This document shows, in pieces, positions 12,141 through 24,677 of a DNA stretch of 64,000 nt. Numbering within the stretch: the first letter of the stretch is position 1; each line of letters opens with the position of its first letter. The stretch covers positions 28,396,001 through 28,460,000 of the forward strand of contig NC_043001.1 in NCBI RefSeq assembly GCF_006345805.1, read 5' to 3'. This DNA comes from Octopus sinensis (taxonomy: Eukaryota). Below the pieces are notes generated by a model. That model searched no databases. It was not told the origin of the DNA and saw nothing but the letters and a program-made list of their open reading frames with translations. A program made the position numbers and the translations under genes.

Positions 12141-14236
12141 TTACTTACTTGTGTCGAAAGTTTTGGCTTCCTCGTTCTTTGATGTGTCTTCGAGGAGGTT
12201 TTTATATAGTTTTTGGGACAGATATTTCTGGAAACCCCCTACAGCATTTGGGAAGAGGGCTTTGAGTTTGTGGTGTTGTGTTTGTGTGATGTGTAGTATT
12301 TTGATGTGTTGGGTGGTGTAGTGCGTGGATGATTGCTATTTTTAAAGTCATCTTCACAAATGTTTGTGTATCCTGTGATGTACTCCATTAGTTTGGAGTC
12401 TTTGTGTGTCTATCGCTGATAGCATGTTTTTGTGGTGTTGGTGCTTGTTTTGTTGTGTATGGAGTTTTCAGGGTTCAGGTATCTCCCTGCTTTGATTGCG
12501 ATTTCTTGTTGTTTTTCTTTGGTTTTTCTTGATCTTTTCTTTTACCCCTGTGGCTATTTGCCATTCTGTCGAACTTTCATCGTTAGATGAAAAGTCTGAC
12601 GAATCAGCAGGGGGCAAGAGTAAAGCGTCTGGGTGTGTTTGTGCGGTTGTAGATATTGTTGTGGTGCGCGGGGAGGGTGTTGCTGGGGGGTTGTTTGTGG
12701 TTATTGTCTCTCCTACATCCTTGGTGCTTGTCTTTTCGTTGTTATTCTTGGTGTTGGAATTGGTTTATTTGTTGTTGGTGGTGATGATTCTGTTCTTGGC
12801 GCTGGTGTTGGTGTTGTTTGGTTGGTTGGCTTGTTCTTTGTTGTTCTTCCTGCATTTCCGCATACAGCTTCTTGACTAGCTGTCCATATTGTGGTGTGGG
12901 CAATAATCCTGGCTTTTGTGATTTTTCCTGTGGCTGTTGTTGTTGTTGTAATTTTGCGGCAGATTTGCACTCCTTTTTGAGGTGTGCCTCACTGCCACAT
13001 GTATAGCATCGTGGCCTTCTGCCCTCGACTACTACGTATAACTTGCGGCCATCCTCAAGATGTACGTGGGTGGGGATTTTATTTATGTCTCTTGACTTAT
13101 GTGGAAGAGGAACTCTATTCTCTTTCCCAGCCAGTCTTTGTTTTCCGAAACACCGATATCTAGGATGTTTAAGTCCTCCATTTCGGATGTTAAGGCGGAT
13201 GTTATCCACAGTGTTGTAGTCACTTGGGGGACACCACTGATAATGACTTTCGTCACCTTCTGGCCGAGGTAACTCGGTGTCAACGTTAGTTCATCAGAAT
13301 GAAGGGTTATCGTTGAGAATTTCTTCGCCAACTCTTCATTCTGAAAAACCACCTGTACGTGTGCGAACTTGTTCGCCAAGTCACACAATCCTTGTATCCC
13401 CAGATGGGGCGTAAGCACTTTTCGACTTTGTCTGTGCTTGCCTTTTCTGGACTTTAGTTTTTTTTATTGTGATTTTATATACAATTGTCTTTTTTTTCGC
13501 CTCATTCAGTATGTGTTGAGGTATGTGTAAGAGTATTTTTCCGTTTTCATTTGTAATAAGGTTTCTGCAATCTTTAATCTTTAACTTTTGTTACCTTTTC
13601 TTTTATCGCCTCGGCGAAGTTTGTTGTTGTTTTGTTATGTTGTTTACTGCCGGTGGTGTGGTGGTGATGGCAGGGGTGTGGGGTGTAGGTTTGTGGTTGC
13701 TGATTATGCAACTAGCAAGGGGTGGAAAATTGCCTGCGTAATTTAGTCCTGCATTAGCGCAAATTTCGGCATTTCGTTTGCTTGTCGTCGTTATTTTTTC
13801 ACTTGTGATGGAGTGAGCAGTGGTTGAAGGGAATTGTTGTTGTCGTCGTCGTTGTTGTTGTTGTTGTTGTTGTTTTTGTTGTTGTTATTGTCGTTCTTGG
13901 TGATGTTAGTGGTATTAGTAGCATTGACGGCACGGTCTTTGGTGGCGGTGATAGTGATGTTGGTATTGTTATTGGTGGCGATGTCTTTAGTAGGGATAGC
14001 AGTTTTAGTAGCAGATTCTGCCATGGTGTTGTTGTCGGTGTAGGTGGTGGTGGACTCACTGATGGTGTTGACGGTGCTTGGCCTTGCGACCTTTGTTTTG
14101 TATTTGTTGCTGTTGTCGATGTTGATGGTGGTGGAGGTGGTGTTGTCAGGTTCAGGCGTATGCTAACAGAGCATCTGTTTTTCTGTCTCTGCGTCACGCT
14201 GACTTGCACCTCAGCCTCGTGGTGACCAGTGGCCAT
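12141..14236 (-). pseudogene. Tx1-like ORF1 (gag-like, CCHC zinc knuckle), frameshifted
   Basis: Candidate ATG at 14236 (MATGHHEAEVQ); central domain ...VQVVFQNEELAKKF...KVIISGVP...; knuckle CYTCGSEAHLKKEC at 12967-13008; ends ...FDTSK* at 12141, 50 nt before the ORF2 ATG. The start position is inferred. Confidence 0.75.
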
Positions 14237-14458
14237 TTTGGAAATAAAATGGCTAAATGAAACCACGAAGGCTATGAGAATTTTTTCTTTTAAATTTGCC
14301 CACAAGGGGCAAAATTTTGTGTAAATATTTATCAAAGGTTTGCAGTGGATGTTGTTGCACAACTTTTAAACACAAAATATTTGTCAATATACACTTTTGA
14401 ACGTACAAAAATACCAACTTACGTGGAGCCCATTTGACTTGCGTCTGTCTGTCCAGAG

Positions 14459-14470
14459 AGATAGATAGAT

Positions 14471-14521
<51 letters not shown>

Positions 14522-14556
14522 GGCAGGCAGATAGACAGACAGACAGATAGATAGAT

Positions 14557-14636
<80 letters not shown>

Positions 14637-14663
14637 ATCCATAGAGAGATAGATAGAAAGATG

Positions 14664-14731
<68 letters not shown>
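14459..14731. repeat. (GATA)n/(GACA)n tract at the Tx1 5' flank
   Basis: Direct reading. Confidence 0.95.
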
Positions 14732-15131
14732 TACACATTGTAGGGAGAGAGATAGAAACATAGAGAGCTAGAGATGTTAGTAAGCATATGATCTAAGCTT
14801 CGTTGTCTATTCTAACATAAGTGTTTATAGAAACTACTCTGCTATTTCATACGCTTCGTTCATTCTTTCAACAATCATTGTTTAAGACGTAGAATAGTTA
14901 ACTGTCACTTAAAATGTCATACGAGCCATTAGAAGCTCTTAGATAAACCTGTGTGCATCGGGCACTGAGACATGCCACGTGTGTGTCTGTCAAGGCCTAC
15001 CAGGCAGAAAACAGCATGTAAAATTAACGTTGGTCGCAAAATACATTAAGCACTGATTGCGCTGGAGAATATTTGATCTAATTGAAGCTTGAGTGTACGG
15101 TGATGCGTCTATAAATGCTGGTTTATATGGA

Positions 15132-15162
<31 letters not shown>

Positions 15163-15284
15163 TGTGTGTGTGTGTGTGTGTGCCTCTGTGTTTGTGTGTA
15201 TATGAATGTCTATATTATAAATACATGCATATAAATATATATATATATATGTAATTTTACACACATAGGCATACAAAATGTTCA

Positions 15285-15350
15285 TCCTTTACCTGTTTCT
15301 GTCATTAGACTGCAGCCATCCCGTTCTATATATTATATATTTATACACAA

Positions 15351-15387
<37 letters not shown>

Positions 15388-15494
15388 AATCATATATTAT
15401 ATGTTATATATATATGTATGTGTATATATATATATATATCTATATATATTTATAAATTATATATTATATGTTATATATATATGTATGTATGTGT

Positions 15495-15531
<37 letters not shown>

Positions 15532-15556
15532 TTATATATATTATGTTATTATATAT

Positions 15557-15589
<33 letters not shown>

Positions 15590-15750
15590 CAGGGGATTCC
15601 AAACAGTTTCCGTCTACCAAATTCACTCGCAAAGCATTGGTTGGGCCGGGGCTATAGTAGAAGGCTCTTGCCAAAGCTGCTGTTCAGTTGGACTGAATCG
15701 ATGCCAAGTGGTAGCAAAGTGAGTTTCTTAACCACACAGCTATGTCTGCA
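15285..15750 (-). mobile_element. Degenerate SINE-B with expanded internal microsatellite
   Basis: Tail remnant CCTTTACCTGTTTCTGTCATTAGACTGCAGCCATC at ~15285; head region CAGTTTCCGTCTACCAAATTCACTCGCAAAG...ACCACACAGC at 15600-15750. Confidence 0.6.
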
Positions 15751-15963
15751 CCGTCTCCTTAATTAGCTGGAACGCACCCTTAGTAATGTTAACTGAGGTT
15801 ATAATTTGTTTGGAGTCTTCTAACGTCAAGTAATCTCACCCAGGTTAAACAGCCAGTCTTGATCTGTAGCCGACAGCAACTACCCATGTTTAAGCCCTTT
15901 TGAATAAAAACCAACTTACTGGCTACCTTCTGCAGTATCCTTCGCGGATAGAATGGTTATTTT

Positions 15964-16384
15964 TATTTCTTTACTGCCCTCAAGGGGCTACATACAGAGG
16001 GGACAAACAAGGACAGACAAACGGATTAAGTCGATTACATCGACTCCAGTGCGTAACTGGAACTTATTTAATCGACCCCGAAAGGATGAAAGGAAAAAGT
16101 CGGCCTCGGCGGAATTGGAACTCAGAACGTAACGGCAGACGAAATACCTATTTCTTTACTACCCACAAGGGGTTAAACACAGAAGGGATAAACAAGGACA
16201 GACAAACGATTAAGTCGATTACATCGACCCCCAGTGCGATAACTGGCAGTTATTTAATCGACCCACGAAGGATGTGAAAGGCAAAGTCGACCTCGGCGGA
16301 ATTTGAACTCACAACGTAACGGCGGGCGAAATACCGCTAAGCACTTCGCCCGGCGTGCTAACGTTTCTGCCAGCTCGCCGCCTT
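15964..16384 (-). mobile_element. Dimeric SINE-A with ~16-bp TSD
   Basis: TSD ATAGAATGGTT(A/G)TTTT at 15948-15963 and 16385-16400; same monomer junction (minus strand AAAGAAATAG|GTATTTCGTCTGCCG). Confidence 0.88.
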
Positions 16385-16705
16385 ATAGAATGGTTGTTTT
16401 GTTTTCCGAATTTGAAAGTCTTACAGAATGAGCGTCCTGCAAAGCTTCTACAACTCACCTGTATAGTCTTATATTTTGTCTTCTACTTTCATTTTGGAGT
16501 ATGCTGCATCTGCCTGGCTCTGGTCATTTCAATTCTCTCTTTCCATTGCGCTGAAAATTTCAGCAAGCTCAGATGATTTTATGTATTAAGTGGAATAAGA
16601 TAAGTACATGAATAGGTTGATTATTTTAACGACTGTAAAACCTATGGACACAAAAACCTGGAAATTCAAAATTTTGAACGTGATTGCATTCATAGGAACA
16701 GACAA

Positions 16706-17064
16706 TTCTCTCGAAAAACGACGACGCCGTGGTGATTTCATTCTCGCTCACAACATCATACGGAAAGTGTAACCTCTCGAAAGAGCTTTTCTTCACTCTT
16801 GCTCCAGAGCGTGGGATGCGGGGTCACTCCGAAAAGCTCTATCTGCGACGATTTCATCTCAATCGAAGGAGAGGGTCTTTCTCCGTCCGGGTTGCGGATC
16901 CGTGGAATAAGCTGCCGGAGGAGATAGTGAAGATGCCGACGACAACTCGGTTCAAAGTCTCTCTTGACCAGAAATGGCCTGAACTATTTGTATGACCACC
17001 CTCCCTGTCCCTCTACATGGCCTTGCTTTTTCTTTTTGAGCCAATAAAAATTGAATTGAATTGA
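16706..17064 (+). mobile_element. 5'-truncated CR1/L2-group LINE 3' end
   Basis: LEKRRRRGDFIL... and MRGHSEKLY...RRGSFSVRVADPWNKLPEEIV...FKVSLD, a typical CR1-type C-terminus; (ATTGA)3 tail; possible 6-bp TSD AGACAA at 16700-16705 and 17065-17070. Confidence 0.8.
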
Positions 17065-17579
17065 AGACAAATTTTTTGCAAAGCTGAGAAAACGGGGTAT
17101 TGCTAAATTAATGTTTATCTGTCTTGGCTAAATGCCTATAAACTGTTTACCATACGATGAAAATAATAAGTCGTACGTAAATTTTTTTAAACATATTAAT
17201 GAAATGGGGAATTAAAACTTTTAAGAGAAATACTATTAAACGATGAAATACTAATATAAATGAATATAGATTAACTGTGGTCAGATATTATTAGTAATTT
17301 ATATTCATTGGATTTCGAAATAACAGCCTCCAAAAAAATTGAGAAAATACATAGTTTTTCTCATAAAACTAGCAATGAAATATAAGCATGTGCTTGTGTG
17401 TGTGCATTCTAATGTATATGCTTGCTTAGTTGTGCAATGGAGTGTATGAGTATGTATGTCTCTAAGCAGTGAGCTCGCAGAATCGTTACCACGCTGGACA
17501 AAATGTTCAACGGTATTTCTTCTGAGTCCAAATGCTGCCAAGATCGACTTTGCTTTTTTATCCTTTCGGAATCAATATA

Positions 17580-17810
17580 TATTTCTTTACTACCCACAAG
17601 GGGCTAAGCGTAGAGGGGACAAACAAGGGCAGACAAAGGGATTAAGTTGATTACATCGACCCAGTGCGAAACTGGTACTTAATTTATCGATCCTGACAGG
17701 ATGAAAGGCAAAGTCGACCTCGGCGGAATTTGAACTCAGAACGTAACGATAGACGAAATACCGCTAAGCATTTCACCCGGCGCGCTAACGTTTCTGCCAG
17801 CTCGCCGCCG
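17580..17810 (-). mobile_element. SINE-A monomer with 16-bp TSD, inserted into an older plus-strand SINE-A relative (17465-17880)
   Basis: TSD TTTCGGAATCAATATA at 17564-17579 and 17811-17826; the host core (GATCGACTTTGC...ATCCTTTCGG / TAAGTGCCATTTGAGCACTGGGG) resumes after the insert. Confidence 0.85.
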
Positions 17811-17950
17811 TTTCGGAATCAATATAAGTGCCATTTGAGCACTGGGGTTGACATAATCGAATTCTTTATCCCCTCAGAATTACTCGCTTTGTACCAAAAC
17901 AAGGAAGAATATGTATGTACACTTCTGAGTTTTTACAGATATTTGTACAG

Positions 17951-18262
17951 TCTTTTACTCTTTTACTTGTTTCAGTCATTTGACTGTGGCCAAGCTGGAG
18001 CACCGCCTTTAGTCGAGCAAATCGACCCCAGGACTTATTCTCTCGGTCTCTTTTGCCGAACCGCTAAATTACAGGGACGCAAACACACCAGCATCGGTTG
18101 TCAAGCGATGTTGGAGGGACAAACACAGACACACAAACACACACACACACCATACCACATACACACACACACACACACGCACACCATATATATATACATA
18201 TATAATATATATAGACACATAACATATATATATATATCATATATATATATATATACATTATA

Positions 18263-18307
<45 letters not shown>

Positions 18308-18453
18308 ATATATACTATACGACGGGCTTCTTTCACAAGGCTTTGGTCGGCCCGAGGCTATAGTAGAAGACACTTACTCTAGGTGCCACGTAGTGGGACT
18401 GAACCCGGGACCATGTGGTTCGTAAGCAAGCTACTTACCACACAGCCACTCCT
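17951..18453 (-). mobile_element. Full-length SINE-B
   Basis: Same head, internal microsatellite and tail as 5683-6129. Confidence 0.88.
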
Positions 18454-18471
18454 AGTGTATATATTTATGCT

Positions 18472-18571
18472 NNNNNNNNNNNNNNNNNNNNNNNNNNNNN
18501 NNNNNNNNNNNNNNNNNNNNNNNNNNNNNNNNNNNNNNNNNNNNNNNNNNNNNNNNNNNNNNNNNNNNNNN
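18472..18571. other. Assembly gap (100 N)
   Basis: Run of exactly 100 n; the true length is unknown. Confidence 1.
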
Positions 18572-18728
18572 CAAACACAAATACACACACATAAAAACAC
18601 AAGCATACAAACACACGAATATGCAGAATACATGCAAACATAGACACATACATACATACGCACACACACACACATACATGCATACACACACAAGCATGCA
18701 TGCATACATACATACATACATACATACA

Positions 18729-18759
<31 letters not shown>

Positions 18760-18995
18760 GTATGTATGTATGCGCACACGCACTGACCCACACAAATGCG
18801 CACAAACAAATAAAAAGAAGGTTGCTTGAATAATGGACGGAGTCAACAGCTATTGAAAAGGTTGTAAGACGCAACGAAAATTTTAGAAAAATAAATAAGT
18901 AATTGAATAGAAATTTTACCGCTAAATGTGTTAAATTATAAGGCACTAGAAGAAAATGACTCTCTTCAGACACAACAGTATTATATATCTATATG

Positions 18996-19038
<43 letters not shown>

Positions 19039-19051
19039 ATTATATATTATA

Positions 19052-19435
19052 TATATATAAAGCTGAAGTTGTCTGTGTGTGGCAGGTTGGTAGCCTTCAA
19101 CTAACACTATCTCCCGAAACCCTGCGGCGCAAGTTGACCAAAATTGAGAGTATGATAGAAGAAGGCTTGCTCTTCATTCCGTAGAAGATAAAATTCAAAT
19201 CGGACCATGTTAACACCAAAAATTATTTACATCAAAAATGTGTATAAAAAAAGATGTATTTACATCAAAAAGGTGTAAAAAAATCCTTATTTTTTACGAT
19301 ATTTTGACTGTTGTGTCGCCATTTTTCGGTGTATTTCAACCAGAAAAATGTTCACTTAAAGAAAATGACAAGTTACATAATGCCAAAGTTTTACTTTTCA
19401 AAAATTTCAATTCAAAAGGGTCGAAACAAACCCGA
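19052..19435 (+). mobile_element. Non-autonomous Helitron family H1, 3' terminus missing
   Basis: Colinear with 52115-52507 (AAGCTGAAGTTG...GGGTCGAAACAAACCCGA) but stops before the hairpin and CTAG. Confidence 0.8.
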
Positions 19436-19937
19436 CCAATATAGGTAGATGGTAAGATTACGCTGGTCCTCACTTTGCTTGCTGTTGTTATTTAAGGGTT
19501 TTTTCTGTTTTCATTTGGAAGGGTGAGGTTATTAGTGAAGCACATTGTAGATTTGTTACTGTAGAAAATTGTTTCTCTTGTGCCTTGATGTTCATAAAAG
19601 TATTTGAGTATTGGTTGTATGTTTATATGTTTTTTTCTAAGTGTTATTTATAGAACGATAAAAAAAAAGCTTAAGGTATGTTAATACACAAAATGCCATA
19701 CGTCACAATGAAAGACCACTAACGCAATTTTTATAACAACAGCCAGTTTCTATATATGGCTGAAGCGGGAAGACCAAAAATGGCTTGAAAGTCATAACAT
19801 GCCGGCACGATAATAACATCACTAGGTGAGACAAGCTGACACTGAATTAGCCTCGCTGATTGACAGGCGACGGTCTCGTTTAGAGAATGCGTGGGCTATG
19901 ACTACGCGCCTTCATTGGAAAGTTGAAGTTGAGACAG

Positions 19938-20273
19938 TGTCACGTGACAACTTGCTGGGGCTGCCTGCTGGAGCCTAGCAGCAAGTATTTAAAGGGAAAT
20001 TTGACAAGACAGTCAGTCACCCGCTGACACCCGTTGACGCTACATCGAAGAGGGCTGGGAACAGAAGAAAGAAGAAGAAAGAAGTCATGCACCCAACACC
20101 AGAGCTGAAGACACCTCCGAAAGTGGGTGGACGCCACGTCAAAACGGTAGAGGAGTAGGGGCCGAAACCGGACGTGGTTCCTCGTAATGATGTCTTGAGC
20201 TAACTGGATCCTATAGAGGAGCTGTTGTGGTAGCAGACCGCGAAACACGGTGGAAATTCCTTCCTTTGTCACA
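19938..20273. mobile_element. Possible solo-LTR-like segment
   Basis: GC-richer island bounded by TGT...ACA (TGTCACGTGAC ... TTTGTCACA). No TSD and no second copy in the window. Confidence 0.25.
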
Positions 20274-20642
20274 CTAAAAAGCAAAAACCATCTAAATCTG
20301 ATTTAGGCATCAGACAAAGTCAGATGGCAGCTTGTAAACCGAAACTTTGAGGTTACTATCATCCATCTCTTTGTAAATATAAATAAATATGAAGACTACT
20401 ATTGAGAGATCAAGTTTAATGTTAAATTGTTTTTATACATAACTTCACCAAGAAGAAAATATCAATACATACACACACACACGTGCGCGCACATTTATAT
20501 ATGCATATATAAAAAATGTATGATGTATGTACGTATGTATATATGTATGTATGCAAAAATATCTGTGTGTGTATAAATATATCTGTGTGTGTGTTAGTGT
20601 GTGTGTGTTTGTGTGTGTGTGTATTTGCGTGTGTGTGTGTGT

Positions 20643-20674
<32 letters not shown>

Positions 20675-20909
20675 ACGCGTGCATGTATTTATATCTACAT
20701 ACATACATGCGTACGGGGTCGGGTATGGCTTTAACCGTAATGGAGAAAACGAATGTTTAAAAGTTATGATTGTGTATATGTGTGTATGTATGCGTGTGTG
20801 CGCGTGCGCGCTTCAGTGTTTGCGCACGCATACAAGTGTGAACATTATTTCAGTTGATTCTAACATATACATACACACACATATATTTATATGTATGTAT
20901 GTATGTATG

Positions 20910-20941
<32 letters not shown>

Positions 20942-21365
20942 TGTATGTATGTATGTATGTATGTATGTATGTATGTATATATGTATGTACATAAGTATAT
21001 AAAAAAATTTCTGATTTTCTATTTAATATTTTTTTCCTCTTTGGTATACGGTAGAGTTCAGTGTTATTTTTATGTTATTTTGATTCAATTTACCTTTCCC
21101 AATATTAAATATCGGAGCTGAGTCTTTCCTATTTCATAAATATTAATTGTAGGAAAATTGTTGAGTTTGACATGGAAGCATGAGATTATGCTTTTTACTT
21201 TTGCCTGTGATTGGCATGTTTACTGCTGTGAATATAGATTGACTGATAACAGACGATAGGAGCGTTATGAGCTTCGGGGGATATATGTAGAGAGACTGAG
21301 AGGGGTAGTGAATATATATGCATGTATAAACAGACGCATAAACACAGACAGGCAGACAGATAGAT

Positions 21366-21402
<37 letters not shown>

Positions 21403-21460
21403 TAGATAGATAGATAGATAGATAGACGTATAAATAGATAGATAGATAGATAGATAGATA

Positions 21461-21945
21461 TGTTTCTTTATTAGCCACACAGGGCTGCACACAGACAGGA
21501 CAAATTACAAGGTAGAGCTTTTCTTGTGGGGGTAAAAAAAGGGGGTTTGGTTTTCGATCAAAAGGGATCGTAAAGGGAAAGAAAGAGGACAAAAAAAGGG
21601 GGGAATAAAATTTTTTAAAAAAGGAGGGGGAGAAAGGGAAAGGAAAAAAAATTGATCAATAGGGATTGTTATCACAGAAATGTCAATATGAAGTGTAAAG
21701 GGGAGGACAGATGAGGTTTACCGTGGGAAGAAAAGCTACGGAAAAGACCACGGTAACCTCGGTCAATGAAGTCACATGTTATATTTCTTTTTTTTGCAAA
21801 TAAGCAACTCTCTGTATTAATTTTTACGGTTCATAGAATCATAGTCAAGGAGGCTTCGTCATTCATACGTGCCAACCTTGCTACATTCACCCATCTTTTT
21901 TTAAAACATTCACTAGACAAAACTTGCCTCTCTACTCTCACTTTC
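21461..21945 (-). mobile_element. 5'-truncated Tx1-like copy flanked by (GATA)n on both sides
   Basis: Matches 8272-8772; left junction GATAGATA|TGTTTCTTTATT; right junction CTCACTTTCT|AGATAGATAG. Confidence 0.92.
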
Positions 21946-21999
<54 letters not shown>

Positions 22000-22115
22000 T
22001 GTGTGAATTTTATGTACACGCACGCACACGTATATATGCATACATACATGCATACATAACATACATACATACATACATACATACTACATACATATACACA
22101 TAAACATGTATATGT

Positions 22116-22273
22116 AAGAAGAAGAAGAAGAAGAAGTAGAAGAAGAAAAAGAAGAAGAAGAAGAAGAAGAAGAAGAAGAAGAAGAAGAAGAAGAAGAAGA
22201 AGAAGAAGAAGAAGAAGAAGAAGAAGAAGAAGAAGAAGAAGAAGAAGAAGAAGAAGAAGAAGAAGAAGAAGAA
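22116..22273. repeat. (AAG)n tract
   Basis: Direct reading. Confidence 0.95.
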
Positions 22274-22546
22274 AGGCGAACGGATATATAGATACACATA
22301 CAAATACTTACACTGATAGACAGATATACTCACTATATAGGTAAGTAAACGAGAGTAGATTGTTTTATGACACGCTACCTAAATTTGCAATAAACATGTT
22401 TAGCTATGTTAAGCTAATTAGGTCGATCACTAAATATCTATATTACATCACCACACACACGCATGCCTTAACACACATACATATGATATATGTGCATATA
22501 TATCATATATACATGCACACACCTACACTTGCAAAAGAGTGCACAT

Positions 22547-22577
<31 letters not shown>

Positions 22578-22783
22578 AAGGCGGCGTTAGCACGCCGGGC
22601 GAAATGCGTAGCCGTATTTCGTCTGCCGCTACGTTGTGAGTTCAAATTCCGCCGAGGTCGACTTTACCTTTCATCCTTTCGGGGTCGATTAAATAAGTAC
22701 CAGTTACGCACTGGGGTCGATATAATCGACTTGGTCCGTTTGTTTGTCCTCTCTGTGTTTGACCCCTTGTGGGTAGTAAAGAA

Positions 22784-22786
<3 letters not shown>
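22578..22786 (+). mobile_element. SINE-A monomer in (TA)n
   Basis: AAGGCGGCGTTAGCACGCCGGGCG...GAGTTCAAATTCC...CCCCTTGTGGGTAGTAAAGAAATA. Confidence 0.85.
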
Positions 22787-22814
<28 letters not shown>

Positions 22815-23000
22815 CATACGTAGATACCTGAATCTATACATACCTGAATCTATACATACCTGAATACATATATATGCGTTTAGGTATTAATATATATATA
22901 TATATATATGCTTGTATATTTATATGCGTTAATGTATTAATATATATACTTTTATATTTATATGCACACACGTGTCGACAGACAGACAGACAAACGGATG

Positions 23001-23086
<86 letters not shown>

Positions 23087-23715
23087 CAGATAGATAGATA
23101 GAAAGATAGATAGTGTGATAATGAGGTAGAGTGGAGCGAATGTTTTCATCATGTTGATTTTTCACTGGCCATGAAGTTAAGATCCTCCGATCTCCAAACA
23201 ACGCATGTCATTTTCTTTCTGATTATTCACATTTCCACTGGAAGGATGCTGGGGTGAGGAAGGCGAATGAAACAAGATAGATCACATTTGCCATCTGACT
23301 CATCTAACTTGTCTCCTATTCCTGTCCAGATCGACACGTTGCCTAAGACAGTTTTCTGTGTGATTAGCTTGACGTGTCTAGGTAAACACTGTTGTTCTAC
23401 CTTTCGGTCATTTTGTATGTTCCCGTCGCATTAGCTAGATGTTTATTAAACTTTGCCTCTGGTGAGCAGCTACCGAGTGACAACGTTGACTCGCTTCTTT
23501 TAACAAGAATTGCTAATTAATTAAACCCCTCTTGGCGTTAGAAGGAAGAGAGTTCGCTGTGAAATGACACGGCGTCAACCAATAATTAGCACTGTTTGCG
23601 AACTGGTCATCTGAGAAAGGGAACGGTGCCAAGCAACGCTTGCGCAACTTACGTTGAAAAATCTGTGCAATTAAATCTGAACTTTAGAACTTTGCTTCGT
23701 AACAAAGATGATGTT

Positions 23716-23829
23716 GAAGAAGAAGAAGAAGAAGAAGAAGAAGAAGAAGAAGAAGAAGAAGAAGAAGAAGAAGAAGAAGAAGAAGAAGAAGAAGAAGAAG
23801 AAGAAGAAGAAGAAGAAGAAGATGAAGAG
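23716..23829. repeat. (GAA)n tract
   Basis: Direct reading. Confidence 0.95.
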
Positions 23830-23985
23830 GTGGAATAAATTTCTGTAATTTGAATTAATGAGGTCAGATGTTTTTCGTCTTAATTCCATACAGGCTGGTA
23901 ATGTTTTGATGCTTTTACGTATATAAACAGTTCTTTTCTGTGGTGAGATTCCTCATTCATTGCTTCACGCAGTTATACAAAATAC

Positions 23986-24036
<51 letters not shown>

Positions 24037-24239
24037 TGTGTGCGTGTGCATATATGTATTATGTATGTATAGAGATAGATTGGAATACATTTATGAAAAA
24101 GCCCGTCGTATATCTATATATATATATATATCTATATTATATATATATATATGATATATATATGATTGATATATATATATATGTGTGTGTGTGTAGGTAG
24201 GTAGGTAGGTAGGTACGTAGGTAGGTATTATGTGTGTGT

Positions 24240-24440
24240 ATGAGTTTGTCCCCCACCCCATCGCTTGATGACCGATGTTGGTGTGTTTACGCCACCGTAA
24301 CTTAGCGGTTCGGCAATAAAGAGCGATAAAATACGTACTAGGCTTACAAACGATAAGTACTGGGGTCGATTTGTTCGACTAAAGATGGTACTCCAGCATG
24401 GCCGCAGTCAAATGACAGAAACAAGTAAAAGAATAAAAGA
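24240..24440 (+). mobile_element. SINE-B 3' half
   Basis: CATCGCTTGATGACCGATG...CCAGCATGGCCGCAGTCAAATGACAGAAACAAGTAAAAGA. Confidence 0.8.
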
Positions 24441-24677
24441 GAGAGAGAGATAGGGATGGGGAGGGAGTGAGAGAGAGCACGTTCGAAAGAAGTATGTGTA
24501 TCTTCAAAACAAATGTGAAAATGGGCCTTATACCATTCATGTTTTTGTTGTTTTTTATTTTTCATGAGCGCACGAGTGATTGGTTCTGTTATTGAATAGA
24601 ACTTGCATATAACAAGAATCGAAACCGAATCGCAGTCTGTGCTTCTCGCCACTGTATATAGCAAAACTATGAAATTT

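Larger units (their letters stand above)
8272..14445 (-). mobile_element. Near full-length (~6.2 kb) Tx1/L1-clade non-LTR retrotransposon flanked by (GATA)n
   Basis: Two ORFs (gag-like ORF1; APE-RT-zinc finger ORF2), ~390-nt 3' UTR ending GGCTAATAAAGAAACA, ~200-nt 5' leader, GATA tracts on both sides. The 5' boundary is uncertain (about 14440-14458). Confidence 0.9.

Noticed and set aside
9171-12321. Plus-strand ORFs overlapping the Tx1 element (e.g. 10039-10491, 10961-11413)
   Set aside because: Antisense shadows of the GC-rich ORF2 with no independent motifs.
19938-20273. Confident solo-LTR call
   Set aside because: TG...CA ends are present, but the flanks (GACAG / CTAAA) give no TSD and there is no PBS, PPT or second copy; kept only at low confidence.
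23596-23889. Poly-Glu and poly-Phe ORFs (also 22010-22333)
   Set aside because: (GAA)n microsatellite artefacts.
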